Origin: Alphaproteobacteria bacterium
Lineage (GTDB): Bacteria > Pseudomonadota > Alphaproteobacteria > UBA9219
Length of the DNA: 58,639 bases
Assembly (NCBI GenBank): GCA_028708035.1
Contig: JAQVZU010000003.1
Span: 1 to 58,639 of the forward strand
Direction of reading: 5' to 3'
Part shown: positions 27,795 through 37,328 of the stretch, piece by piece
How the letters are laid out: the number at the start of each line of letters is the position of its first letter
How positions within the stretch are numbered: position 1 is the stretch's first letter
Made by a program: the position numbers and the translations under genes
The notes under the pieces: model-generated
The model's database searches: none
Seen by the model: the letters and a program-made list of their open reading frames with translations, nothing else
Told to the model about the DNA's origin: nothing

Positions 27795-29660
27795 TCAATC
27801 CCCCCAAATTGCCTTGCAGTCTTCTATCCCGGCCTTTAAGCCCGCAAGGATGCCGGAGTTGTTCGATGCATTCGTTGCGGTGTTGAAGTTATATCCCAAG
27901 ATATGCTTCGCACCTTGCTCGCACATATACTTGGTTTCGCTTTCAACTTGAGCAGCTGTTGGAACATCATATCCATAAAGGCCTCCGTAGGTCTGAGGAA
28001 TGCCGACCAATGGACGGGCACCCGGATCCCAGCCCACTGCTTTCAAGGCCTGGATGATATTCTTCAGGTTAGACATCGAAATGTTTTTGCCTCCGCCATA
28101 AGGATACATGTAAACGCCTACCATGTCGCATCCGGCGTCTGAATAGTTAAGCGTGTATTTCATATACCCGCTTACAGTATTGCCGTAAGAAGTATTGCCA
28201 GAGAACCCGCATATCGCCGGTATGTCAGGCGTGTACTTATGGATAAGCGTAGTCATTCTTTGGAGCGGCTCTCTTGCTTTTCCAAAGTCCGAATGCCAGT
28301 CGTCAATCATCCAATAACCGGCAATGGTGCTACGGAATCCGCTTTCAGAGAGCCATTGAAGATGAGCTTCCATGTCCCGCACTAACCGAGATTCATCACC
28401 ATCGCTATGCCAACGACGAATCAACTGATCGGGAACGTCGTCGATCACTTTCATGTTATTGTTAGCCCCCATACTGGCATATGCTGTCAGAGCGGTTTGA
28501 GCTCTGGACAACCCAAAGGTGAGGTTGAGGTAGGGGAGCATCGTGTTGCCTCCCGCTTTTTTTGCCGCTGAAATCGTTTCGGCATTGCGAACGCCAAATC
28601 CGCCAACCATATGTCCCTTAATTTGCGGGGCATCGCCGCCATCAATAGGATATTCATCGCCAGGTTCGTTTTGATCTGTGCTTGTCGAGGTTGTGGTTTT
28701 CGTCGAATTCGGACAACCTGAACCCAACAAATATACAGTCCCCACGGTCCATTTGGCGGTGTTGGTCGTTGCCCCATAGTTGTTTTCTGCCGAGGGTTGA
28801 GACATATCGGCTATATTGCATGAAGAGGCTCCTGTAGAAGGTGCGGGCGTATCTGAACAATTGCCTGTGCTGATTGTGCTTCCTTGATCCGCTCGGACTT
28901 CGTAAGAGATGTCATGAATTGTGTTATTACAATTATAAACCGTGTTCCCACTGCTTGCGGCATAGATGCCTGCGAAGCCTTTTGCATTGGCCTCGCTTGC
29001 GATATTGTTATTAATAACATAGACTGGCCCTGAGGCTCCGCCTACATGCACGCCAGATCCATTAGATGCGCGTAAACAGTTATTGGTGACATAGACGGTG
29101 TCTGAATGATAGGCGAAGACGCCATTATAGCCTGGATTACGGACGACGTTGTCATGAATATTCACTGCGCCGGATTTCTCAAGGAAGAAAGCGGTGTCTA
29201 GGTTATCGTGCAGATAAGAATGGTCAAATTCGACATTCAAGCATTTATAGCAGAAGAACTGGCGAAAATAGCCGCTATTTGCTGCAATGGACGCATTGCC
29301 GCCTCGGTTGCCGTCAACTTCAATACCAACAACGCGAATATTTTTAACGCTCGAACCGTGAATAATTGGGCGATATCGTTCCCATTTCAGATTATCTGCA
29401 AGTTTAATTATAACACTGCCAGAGCCTTTGAGAGTAGAATTGCTTCTCAAATTGATCGAACTGTTGATTACATAGGTTCCGGAACTGAGCGTAACGATGC
29501 CGCCCTGTTTAAGCGCGGCGTTGATTTGAACCTGATTCGTATCGCACGATGCGCAAGGGCTAAGCGTAGTGTCGGCAAGCGCCGGAGCCGTACCTATCAA
29601 CAAGCCCGCAAGAACGAGAAATAGTGAGCTTTGCGAATTCAGTAGATTTTTAAAGTACAT
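27795..29660 (-). CDS. secreted protein: right-handed beta-helix, Ser/Thr linker and TIM-barrel glycoside-hydrolase-like domain
   Basis: Signal peptide ..GTAPALA; Asn/Gly/Val beta-helix rungs (NVEFDHSYLHDN, VNIHDNVVRNPGYNGV); TTTSTST linker; C-terminal IAGYWMIDD, CDMVGVYMYPY, GIPQTYG. Confidence 0.6.
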   Translation of the reverse strand: MYFKNLLNSQSSLFLVLAGLLIGTAPALADTTLSPCASCDTNQVQINAALKQGGIVTLSSGTYVINSSINLRSNSTLKGSGSVIIKLADNLKWERYRPIIHGSSVKNIRVVGIEVDGNRGGNASIAANSGYFRQFFCYKCLNVEFDHSYLHDNLDTAFFLEKSGAVNIHDNVVRNPGYNGVFAYHSDTVYVTNNCLRASNGSGVHVGGASGPVYVINNNIASEANAKGFAGIYAASSGNTVYNCNNTIHDISYEVRADQGSTISTGNCSDTPAPSTGASSCNIADMSQPSAENNYGATTNTAKWTVGTVYLLGSGCPNSTKTTTSTSTDQNEPGDEYPIDGGDAPQIKGHMVGGFGVRNAETISAAKKAGGNTMLPYLNLTFGLSRAQTALTAYASMGANNNMKVIDDVPDQLIRRWHSDGDESRLVRDMEAHLQWLSESGFRSTIAGYWMIDDWHSDFGKAREPLQRMTTLIHKYTPDIPAICGFSGNTSYGNTVSGYMKYTLNYSDAGCDMVGVYMYPYGGGKNISMSNLKNIIQALKAVGWDPGARPLVGIPQTYGGLYGYDVPTAAQVESETKYMCEQGAKHILGYNFNTATNASNNSGILAGLKAGIEDCKAIWGD

Positions 29661-29743
29661 GTTTTATCTCCTATTATTAAACTGCACTTTCATGGATCAT
29701 CCGGCGCAGCTTATCATTTCAGATAAATTTTAAAGAAACGCGT

Positions 29744-29758
29744 TTAAAAATCTCTTAA
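29744..29758. promoter_or_regulatory. possible CtrA box
   Basis: TTAA-AAATCTC-TTAA (TTAA-N7-TTAA) ~85 nt upstream of the 29660 start, in AT-rich DNA. Confidence 0.3.
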
Positions 29759-29857
29759 TTTCGGATTTGTTGAGTGGTTATTGAGGAAGTTCTTTTTCAG
29801 CGCAAGAACTTGCCCGAAACAGGGATGCTGTAAGCGTTCGAAAGGCGAAATTATCTT

Positions 29858-31513
29858 TTAGACTGATAACAAGGACAGTACTTTTTTCCGGTCCACTGCC
29901 CATAAAAAGGTGGACAAACGCGGCCCGGCATCTTTGCCGATCAGGAGATTGTACACATCCTTGAAGAAGCTCCTCTGCGCAGCCTTCAGTTCCTTGTCCG
30001 CTAGTCCCGGCGCTTTCGGAATACTATACAGCATCTCGTCCAGCGCCGCGATGGAAATGACATCGCCTTCTAGAAATGCGTGCAATTTCCCGATCTGCTG
30101 GCGTCGTTTATCGTCCATTGAGGCGGCGTAATCCGCATTCGGGATGGAGCGAAGCGCAATGATTTCTTGAGGGTTGTAGGTGTCGAGCCAGTTCTTCGCC
30201 TTCAGCAGCCGCGCGGCGATGGATTCTGCGCTGCATGGGATTCCCGATTTATCGGCAAGTTCGCGCATCTTCTCGGCGTTCCATTGCGTGATCTGCCCCA
30301 AGGCGACTGCTTGCTTGAATGCGATCGGAGTAGGGAAATCTTTTTTGACTCCGCTGAAGTGAATGATCTTCTGTTGCGCAGGCGAAGCCTCACCCTTTTG
30401 GACCTTCGCCATTTCACGGTCGAACTCGTCATATTGGCGATAGACTTCCGTGTCAAAGGCAAGATTGAAGCTTTGCGTTGGCGGTCTGCGCATATAGAGC
30501 CACTTGAGCAGGGTAGGCTCATATATTTCAAGCAACTGACCCGGCGAAATGGCGCCGCCTTTGGATCCGGACATCTTGTCGCCCTTGACGCCCTGAATGC
30601 CGACGAACAGATACCCTTGAAATACCGGAGGCTTGCGCCCGAAAAGTTCCCTTGAAACAGTTGCCGCAACGTCATAGCTGCCGCCAGGTGTCGCGTGATC
30701 CTTGCCGCCCGGTTCGAAGTTTACGCCTTCCTCGCCCCAGCGCATCGGCCAGTCGAGTTTCCATGGCAGTTTGACGATGGGCGTTTCTTTGAAGTCGATC
30801 TGTTCAACCTTGCCTGTTGCTATATCCCGGTAGGTAAGCTTGGTGCCGCCGTCATAGGATAGCACCTGAACCTTATCAGTCCGTGAAAAGCGTGAGTATA
30901 CCGTCACGGGAAAATACGTTTCGCGATATTCCTCGGGATCGATGCCTTTTTCCTGGTTGCCTTTGTCGGTCTTGAACTGGAGTTGGATATCCGCGGCTTT
31001 CTTGCGGTTTGCGAGAACGAATGCGACTTTTTCGGCATAGCGTCCGGACTTATATTCTTTTGTTTGGTAGCGGTAGTCGAGCGGTATATCGAGTTCCTTG
31101 ATGGATCTTTCGAATTCGGCTTCGAACCGTTGCGCGTAGGAGCTGTATTCGCCTTTGGGATCGGGAACTTCCGTCAATGGCATCCCGATGTATTTTGCAT
31201 AAGACGGATCGATGCCGACGGGGACCTTGCGGAAACGGTCGTAATCGTCCCATGAAAACAGAAGCCGCGCTTTCTTTCCACGAGCGATCAACTCGTTCAT
31301 CACCGCGTGGGATGTGGCCACATCGCGAAAATTGCCGAAATGCACGATCCCCGAGGGGCTGATGCCTGCTGCGCAGGTGTAAACATCTTCATCCGGAAAT
31401 TCAGCCAGAACTCTGTCGGTTACCTTGCCGACCCAAAGCCCGTCCGGGGCCGCCTTCGCCGATTCGTCAAGTACCGAGGCCGACGAGGTTTTATAGTCAT
31501 TCTCTTGAGACAC
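29858..31513 (-). CDS. lysS: class I lysyl-tRNA synthetase
   Basis: GTG start at 31513 after AGGTGG; GISPSGIVHFGNFRD (HIGH-like), SWDDYDRFRKVP, WPMRW..FEPGGKDH, KMSGSKG. Confidence 0.95.
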   Translation of the reverse strand: MSQENDYKTSSASVLDESAKAAPDGLWVGKVTDRVLAEFPDEDVYTCAAGISPSGIVHFGNFRDVATSHAVMNELIARGKKARLLFSWDDYDRFRKVPVGIDPSYAKYIGMPLTEVPDPKGEYSSYAQRFEAEFERSIKELDIPLDYRYQTKEYKSGRYAEKVAFVLANRKKAADIQLQFKTDKGNQEKGIDPEEYRETYFPVTVYSRFSRTDKVQVLSYDGGTKLTYRDIATGKVEQIDFKETPIVKLPWKLDWPMRWGEEGVNFEPGGKDHATPGGSYDVAATVSRELFGRKPPVFQGYLFVGIQGVKGDKMSGSKGGAISPGQLLEIYEPTLLKWLYMRRPPTQSFNLAFDTEVYRQYDEFDREMAKVQKGEASPAQQKIIHFSGVKKDFPTPIAFKQAVALGQITQWNAEKMRELADKSGIPCSAESIAARLLKAKNWLDTYNPQEIIALRSIPNADYAASMDDKRRQQIGKLHAFLEGDVISIAALDEMLYSIPKAPGLADKELKAAQRSFFKDVYNLLIGKDAGPRLSTFLWAVDRKKVLSLLSV

Positions 31514-31694
31514 AATCCACCTGAATGCTTTGCGATGAAACCCCAATATAACTTGCGAAGTCAGGATTTGAAGCACATTCTGCCGCATCTGCGAAATTTT
31601 GCTGCATTCGCGAAAAAACCGCTGTTTTTCCCGGGGTTTTAGGCTAGAAGGACGTTGGCTTTTATCGAAAGTCGAGTTGCGAGAAGAAGTGGAA

Positions 31695-32720
31695 ATGGAA
31701 CATATATCGAGCTTGCTTGTTTGCGTTATCCTGGCCGGGTTGGCCTTCGATTTTATCAATGGTTTTCACGATGCTTCAAACTCGATTGCGACGGTGGTCG
31801 CAACGAAGGTACTTACTCCCCGGCAGGCTGTCATTATGGCGGCCTTTTTTAATGTCATTGCGGCATTTTTCTTTACGACTGGCGTCGCGAAAACAGTCGG
31901 ATCGGGGTTGGTATCGCTCGATGCCGTAACGCCCGTTGTCGTTCTTTGCGGGCTTATCGGCGCTACGGCTTGGGGAATTCTGACATGGCGTTTCGGCCTT
32001 CCAAGCAGTTCGTCCCACGCGCTGCTGGGGGGGTATGCCGGTTCCGCGATGGCAAATCATGTGCTGCACAATGGCTGGCAATCGTTTGGCGCGCCGATCA
32101 TTGTGAGCGGGTGGTTGAAGGTTTTGGCCTTCATCGTTATTGCTCCGCTGCTGGGACTTTTTATCGCGTTTGTCCTAAAGTCGGCTTTGAATTTGCTCAG
32201 GAAATACCGGGGCGAGAATGCGTGGGGTGAAAGCTTTTATAGAAAAGGTCAATTGCTTTCATCAGCTTTTCTGAGCCTTATGCATGGTAGCAATGACGCC
32301 CAAAAGACTGCCGGTATTATTACAGGAGCGCTTGTGGCCTCGGGCGCATTGACGTCGTTCGATATTCCACATTGGGTTCTGATCTTATCTTATTTGACAA
32401 TGGGGCTCGGGACTCTTTTTGGTGGTTGGCGTATCGTAAAAACGATGGGTCACCGCCTTACGCGCCTTGATGCGAAAAGCGGGGTTTGTGCTGAAAGCGC
32501 TGCGGCACTTTCGATTATGTGCGCAACGGTGTTTCATCTTCCAATCTCGACAACCCACGTTGTTACCGGGGCCATTCTCGGGGTGGGGGCTGCTAACGAC
32601 GCTAGCAAGGTCCGGTGGTCGACAGGCCGCCGCATTGCTTGGGCTTGGGCCTTTACTATTCCGGCTGCAGCGTTTACAAGTGGAGTAACGATGGCCTTGG
32701 TTAATTTTATCTACGGATAG
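31695..32720 (+). CDS. PiT-family inorganic phosphate transporter
   Basis: FINGFHDASNSIATVV, GLPSSSSHAL, HGSNDAQK, LPISTTH, W..TIP. Confidence 0.94.
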   Translation: MEHISSLLVCVILAGLAFDFINGFHDASNSIATVVATKVLTPRQAVIMAAFFNVIAAFFFTTGVAKTVGSGLVSLDAVTPVVVLCGLIGATAWGILTWRFGLPSSSSHALLGGYAGSAMANHVLHNGWQSFGAPIIVSGWLKVLAFIVIAPLLGLFIAFVLKSALNLLRKYRGENAWGESFYRKGQLLSSAFLSLMHGSNDAQKTAGIITGALVASGALTSFDIPHWVLILSYLTMGLGTLFGGWRIVKTMGHRLTRLDAKSGVCAESAAALSIMCATVFHLPISTTHVVTGAILGVGAANDASKVRWSTGRRIAWAWAFTIPAAAFTSGVTMALVNFIYG

Positions 32721-32723
32721 CAG

Positions 32724-33632
32724 ATGAAGTTTGCGCGGGCGCTTGTTTTAGGACTTTTAATAGCTGCTCTTCCTTTCGCATCTGCGGATGCGAAAAAGCG
32801 TGGTGGTGCATCAACCAAGACCACGGTCAAGCTTGCCCCATCCCTTATCCCCGCACTTCCGCCGATCGTTACCGCTTATGACGTGTATGTTGGTGGATTT
32901 CATTTGGTGACGTCAACGATTTGGTTCGAAGAGCAGGGAAATGCCTATCATGTCGTCGTAAAGGCGAATACACGTGGATTCTGGGGCAAGCTCTTTCCGT
33001 GGAATACTATTCTTGACGCGCGAGGCCTGATCGACGGCAAGCGCTTGCTGCCAAAAGAATTTTACACACGTGACGAATGGAAGAATAAGCCAAAAATCAC
33101 GAAGCTCCATTTTGACGGAAAAGGGAATACAACCCCTGAGTTTGATCCGCCGAGCCATGACGAAAATCGCGAGATTGTGACAGACGAACAGAAGCGTGGC
33201 GCGCTCGACCCCATTACGGCTCTGTTGCAGATGCTTGCAAGCGTGAATGTGGATAGGACCTGTGGCGTTCCTGTTCCGGTCTTTGACGGGAAGCGCCGTT
33301 TCGACATCACTGGCAAGGACAAGGGCGGCGACTTTACAGATCCAGACGAATACGGAGTTTTTAAAGGCAATGCGCGTTTGTGTTCGGCAGATTTCAAGAT
33401 GATCTCCGGTGAGTGGAAGGATCGTGAACATGCAAAATTTTGGCAAAAAACAGAAACAGAAGCGGGGCGCGAGCCCTTCCAGATCTGGCTCGCATCGCCT
33501 GGCAAAGGACTTCCTGAAATTCCTGTACGCCTTGAGTCCGGCAGTGTAGCCGGTTTGGTTGTTGTCCACTTATCCTCATGGCGCTATGCGACGCCCGAGG
33601 AGGTCAAGGCCCAGTCGGTTCCCCAATCTTAA
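32724..33632 (+). CDS. DUF3108-like secreted beta-rich protein
   Basis: Signal peptide; YDVYVGG, ALDPITALL, VFDGKRRFD, IPVRLE. Confidence 0.7.
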   Translation: MKFARALVLGLLIAALPFASADAKKRGGASTKTTVKLAPSLIPALPPIVTAYDVYVGGFHLVTSTIWFEEQGNAYHVVVKANTRGFWGKLFPWNTILDARGLIDGKRLLPKEFYTRDEWKNKPKITKLHFDGKGNTTPEFDPPSHDENREIVTDEQKRGALDPITALLQMLASVNVDRTCGVPVPVFDGKRRFDITGKDKGGDFTDPDEYGVFKGNARLCSADFKMISGEWKDREHAKFWQKTETEAGREPFQIWLASPGKGLPEIPVRLESGSVAGLVVVHLSSWRYATPEEVKAQSVPQS

Positions 33633-33736
33633 AAAGCTTCAGCCGCGGTTGATCGTCATCGTTTTTCTTGAGCACCCTTGACTCCCGCAAGGCGACAGGG
33701 GAAAAATGCCTTTCTGGCCCCATTTAAGGAGAAATC

Positions 33737-35020
33737 ATGACGAATTTCACATATTCTGCTGCTGCTTTAGAACGCCTGCAAAACTCCGATGATGAGATTT
33801 TCAATGCGTTAATGCGCGAGGAAGTACGCCAGAGCGAGGGCATTGAGCTTATTCCTTCCGAAAATTACTGCTTTCCGGAGGTTTACGCTCTGCTTGGGTC
33901 TGTTTTTAATAACAAGTATTCGGAAGGATATCCGGGCCGCAGATATTATGGCGGGCAGGAAAACACGGACGCGGTCGAGACGCTTGCGCGTGAACGGGCC
34001 AAGAAGGTTTTTCGGGCGGAACATGCCAATGTGCAGTGCCTTTCAGGCTGTCCGATGAACGAAGCCGTCTATTTCGCTCTTCTCCAGCCGGGCGATACCG
34101 TTATGGGCATGGATTTGACCCATGGCGGACATTTGTCGCATGGGCATCCGGTCACGAATATGTCGAAAATCTTTAAGTTCGTGCGCTATAAGACTGAAAT
34201 TCCAAGCGGATTGATCGACCTCGAGAAGGTCCGCCAAGTTGCTTTGGAGAATAAGCCGAAGCTTATTGTTTGTGGGCATTCGTCCTATCCGCGCGAATAC
34301 GATTACGCTGGCTTCAGAAAGATCGCGGACGAAGTGGGCGCGCTGCTGATGGCCGATATCAGCCATCTGGGAGGACTTGTCGCCGGAGGCGCTTTGGAAA
34401 ATCCGCTCGATTTCGGTTTTGACGTCGTAACGACGACGACACACAAGTCGCTTCGCGGACCTCGCGGCGGCATGATCCTTTGCAAAAAGAAATATGCATC
34501 GGCCATCGACAAGTCGGTTTTTCCGGGCATGCAGGGCGGGCCACACATGCATCAAGTGGCGGCTTTGGCCACGACGCTGAAGCTTGTTCAGACCGACATG
34601 TACAAGGCTTATGCAAAGCAAGTTCTTGCTAACGCGCAGGCGCTGGCGAAAGCCCTTCTTTCAGGCGGCGCGCATCTTGTCACGGGCGGCACCGAAAATC
34701 ATCTGATCGTCATCAACACGGCGACCGGCTTCGGCATTACCGGAGATATCGCTGAGAAGGCTCTGGACCGTGTTGGCATAACACTCAACAAGAACGTAAT
34801 TCCCGACGATCCAAATCCGCCGATGAAGCCGAGCGGCATCAGGTTCGGCACTCCCGCCGCCACATCGCGCGGCATGCGAGAATCCGACATGAAAGAATTG
34901 GCGGATATCATGATTCAAGTGTTGCGCGCGCCTGGCGACGATGCTCTCTTGACTAATTTGCACCAAAAGACTCGCGACCTGTGCAAGCGGTATCCCGTTC
35001 CGGGGCTTGAAGGAATTTAA
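33737..35020 (+). CDS. glyA: serine hydroxymethyltransferase
   Basis: LIPSENY, NKYSEGYPGRRYYGG, GGHLSHG, TTTTHKSLRGPRGG (PLP Lys), QGGP, SGIRFGTPA. Confidence 0.98.
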   Translation: MTNFTYSAAALERLQNSDDEIFNALMREEVRQSEGIELIPSENYCFPEVYALLGSVFNNKYSEGYPGRRYYGGQENTDAVETLARERAKKVFRAEHANVQCLSGCPMNEAVYFALLQPGDTVMGMDLTHGGHLSHGHPVTNMSKIFKFVRYKTEIPSGLIDLEKVRQVALENKPKLIVCGHSSYPREYDYAGFRKIADEVGALLMADISHLGGLVAGGALENPLDFGFDVVTTTTHKSLRGPRGGMILCKKKYASAIDKSVFPGMQGGPHMHQVAALATTLKLVQTDMYKAYAKQVLANAQALAKALLSGGAHLVTGGTENHLIVINTATGFGITGDIAEKALDRVGITLNKNVIPDDPNPPMKPSGIRFGTPAATSRGMRESDMKELADIMIQVLRAPGDDALLTNLHQKTRDLCKRYPVPGLEGI

Positions 35021-35109
35021 AGGCGGCCTGCGTGACGCTCGAGCCAGCCTTCGCGGATGACGGAGATTCAAGAGCTTAAATCTATGAGCATGAAGATCAT
35101 GAACAGGCT

Positions 35110-35586
35110 CTAAGGTACTTCGATAGGTACGCCGGGGGCGTATTTGGTGCGGCGCATGGCGGGCATTGATTTTATGTGGGCGACGTTGGGGGCCGCGCTG
35201 ATTTGCGTCGTCACAAACTTTTGGAACGCTTCCCAGTCTTCGGCGACAATCTTGAGAAGAAAATCGGTGTCGCCGGTCATTAAATAGGCCTCGCGGACGT
35301 GGGGCCAGCTTTCAAGCAGCTTCGAGAAATGCGCAATATCGGTTTCGCTGTGGTTGGTAAGTGAAATCATGGCGAATACGGTGATTCCGAATCCCATTTT
35401 ATCCGCCGCAATATCGGCGTGATAACCACGGATGTAGCCAGCTTCCTCAAGCGCGCGCACACGCCTGAGGCAGGGTGGGGGAGAGATTCCGACCTTCTTC
35501 GAGAGCGCGACGTTCGTAATGCTGCCGTCTTGCTGCAGCTCGCGCAGAATGCGAAGATCGATAGAGTCGAGTCTGACGAGCTTCAT
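35110..35586 (-). CDS. Lrp/AsnC family transcriptional regulator
   Basis: LDSIDLRILRELQQDG..LSKKVGISPPPCLRRVRALEEAGYIRGY; MTGDTDFLLK. Confidence 0.93.
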   Translation of the reverse strand: MKLVRLDSIDLRILRELQQDGSITNVALSKKVGISPPPCLRRVRALEEAGYIRGYHADIAADKMGFGITVFAMISLTNHSETDIAHFSKLLESWPHVREAYLMTGDTDFLLKIVAEDWEAFQKFVTTQISAAPNVAHIKSMPAMRRTKYAPGVPIEVP

Positions 35587-35674
35587 TACGGCGCTTCGGG
35601 ATGGAGTTACAATCGTGATCTTGATACCATAAAATGCGTTTCACTTCTATAACCAGAAAATACCTACAGGCGAG

Positions 35675-36688
35675 ATGAGAATTCCAAATCCAGATTTCAA
35701 GACTTCGACGCTGATTTCTTCTCAAAAGACTGCTTGTTGGGTGGTCACCGACGGAAAAGCGGGGATGGAAAACCAATGCATCGGGCTTGCCGAGGCGCTG
35801 GGTTTTTTGCCTATTGTCAAGCGTGTAAAGCTTAAAAGCCCGTGGAAACAGCTTGTTCCATTTTTGCGATGCGGGCTTTCCCATGCCTTCAGCGATACAG
35901 GGGACAGTCTTTCGCCCCCATGGCCGGATGTTTTGATTTCATGCGGTCGCGCAGGAATAGGCGGTTCTTTGTATGTGCGACGAGCTTCCAGAAAGAATGG
36001 CGCGCGCGGCGTTTTTACTGTGCATATTCAAAACCCTGTGATCGCACCTTCGCTCTTCGATCTCGTGATCGTTCCTCGCCACGACCGATTGATGGGGCCG
36101 AACATTATTGCAACCCGGGGCTCGCTGCACCGCATCACGCCGGAGATCCTGTCGCGCGAGGCGGAAAAGTTTTTGCCGAGAGTGGCGAATCTTCCTTCTC
36201 CGCGTATTGCGGTTCTGATCGGCGGGACAAGTGCCGTTTATTCCTTAACGCCACACGAAATGAAAGGCATTGCGGCGCAACTCGCAGATGTCGCAAAGCA
36301 GTATGGCCTGATGATCACTACCTCGCGGCGCACAGGCGAAGAAAACCTTGCCGTTTTGCAGCAGGCGCTTGAAGGCACAAAGTGCTTCATCTGGGACGGG
36401 AAAGGCGATAATCCATATTTCGGTATGCTCGGGCTGGCGGAAGCCGTTCTTGTGACCTGCGATAGCGTTAATATGGTTTGCGAGGCTTGCGTTACGGGGA
36501 AACCCGTCATGGTTATCAGCCTCCCGGGCGGGTCTGAGAAATTCCGGCGGTTTCATCAGGCGATGCGCGATGACGGGTTTACGCGGCCTTTCAACGGGTG
36601 CATTGAGACGTGGAGTTATCCGCCGCTTGATGAGATGTCTCTGGTTGCGGCGCGCATCAAGGCGGCGATGGAGGCGCGTGAACAATGA
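35675..36688 (+). CDS. ELM1/GtrOC1-like family protein
   Basis: WVVTDGKAGMENQCIGLAEALG, PWPDVLISCGR, FDLVIVPRHD, TTSRRT, NPYFGML, VTCDSVNMVCEA..GKPV. Confidence 0.88.
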   Translation: MRIPNPDFKTSTLISSQKTACWVVTDGKAGMENQCIGLAEALGFLPIVKRVKLKSPWKQLVPFLRCGLSHAFSDTGDSLSPPWPDVLISCGRAGIGGSLYVRRASRKNGARGVFTVHIQNPVIAPSLFDLVIVPRHDRLMGPNIIATRGSLHRITPEILSREAEKFLPRVANLPSPRIAVLIGGTSAVYSLTPHEMKGIAAQLADVAKQYGLMITTSRRTGEENLAVLQQALEGTKCFIWDGKGDNPYFGMLGLAEAVLVTCDSVNMVCEACVTGKPVMVISLPGGSEKFRRFHQAMRDDGFTRPFNGCIETWSYPPLDEMSLVAARIKAAMEAREQ

Positions 36689-37236
36689 GCAAGGCTTTCA
36701 CAAAAGACACGAACGGCGACGAGGATGACGGCATCGAAGCCGGGACGGCGCCTGTTCCGGTGAAAAATTATATGACTCCGCAGGGATTTACGGCCTTGCA
36801 GGCGGAGCTCAGGCAGCTCATGCGGGTCGAGCGCCCCAAGATCGTCGAGATTGTTTCATGGGCGGCGAGCAACGGCGATCGCTCGGAGAACGGCGATTAT
36901 ATATATGGAAAGAAGCGCCTGCGCGAAATAGACAAGCGTGTGCATTATCTGACCAAACGCATCGAAACGGCGGAGGTCGTTGATCCCAAAAACCAGAAAA
37001 ATCGCGATCAGGTTTTTTTCGGCGCGACAGTGACATATGTGCGGGACGATAACGTCGAACGGACAGTGACTCTTGTGGGTGTTGACGAAGCGGATTTGGC
37101 AAAAGGAAAAATTAGCTGGATTTCACCCATTGCCAAAGCGCTTCTTAAGGCCCGGGTAGGTGACGCTGTGGAGGTGAAGACTCCTGCGGGCGCAGAGACT
37201 TTGGAAGTGTTGAAGATTCGTTATAAGGACGAATGA
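36685..37236 (+). CDS. greB: transcription elongation factor GreB
   Basis: MSKAFTK, NYMTPQG, WAASNGDRSENGDYIYGKKRLREID, QVFFGATV, ISWISPIAKAL. Confidence 0.96.
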   Translation: MSKAFTKDTNGDEDDGIEAGTAPVPVKNYMTPQGFTALQAELRQLMRVERPKIVEIVSWAASNGDRSENGDYIYGKKRLREIDKRVHYLTKRIETAEVVDPKNQKNRDQVFFGATVTYVRDDNVERTVTLVGVDEADLAKGKISWISPIAKALLKARVGDAVEVKTPAGAETLEVLKIRYKDE

Positions 37237-37328
37237 TATGCATTCGCCGACTCTTCTATTCTTTGGCGGTGACATTCGGACCAGTTTGAGATAATTCTTA
37301 AATTTCTTTCCCACCCAAAGGTCGAGAC

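Noticed and set aside
31514-31759. 82-aa N-terminal extension of LysRS
   Set aside because: It overlaps the divergent pit gene; GTG at 31513 has an SD.
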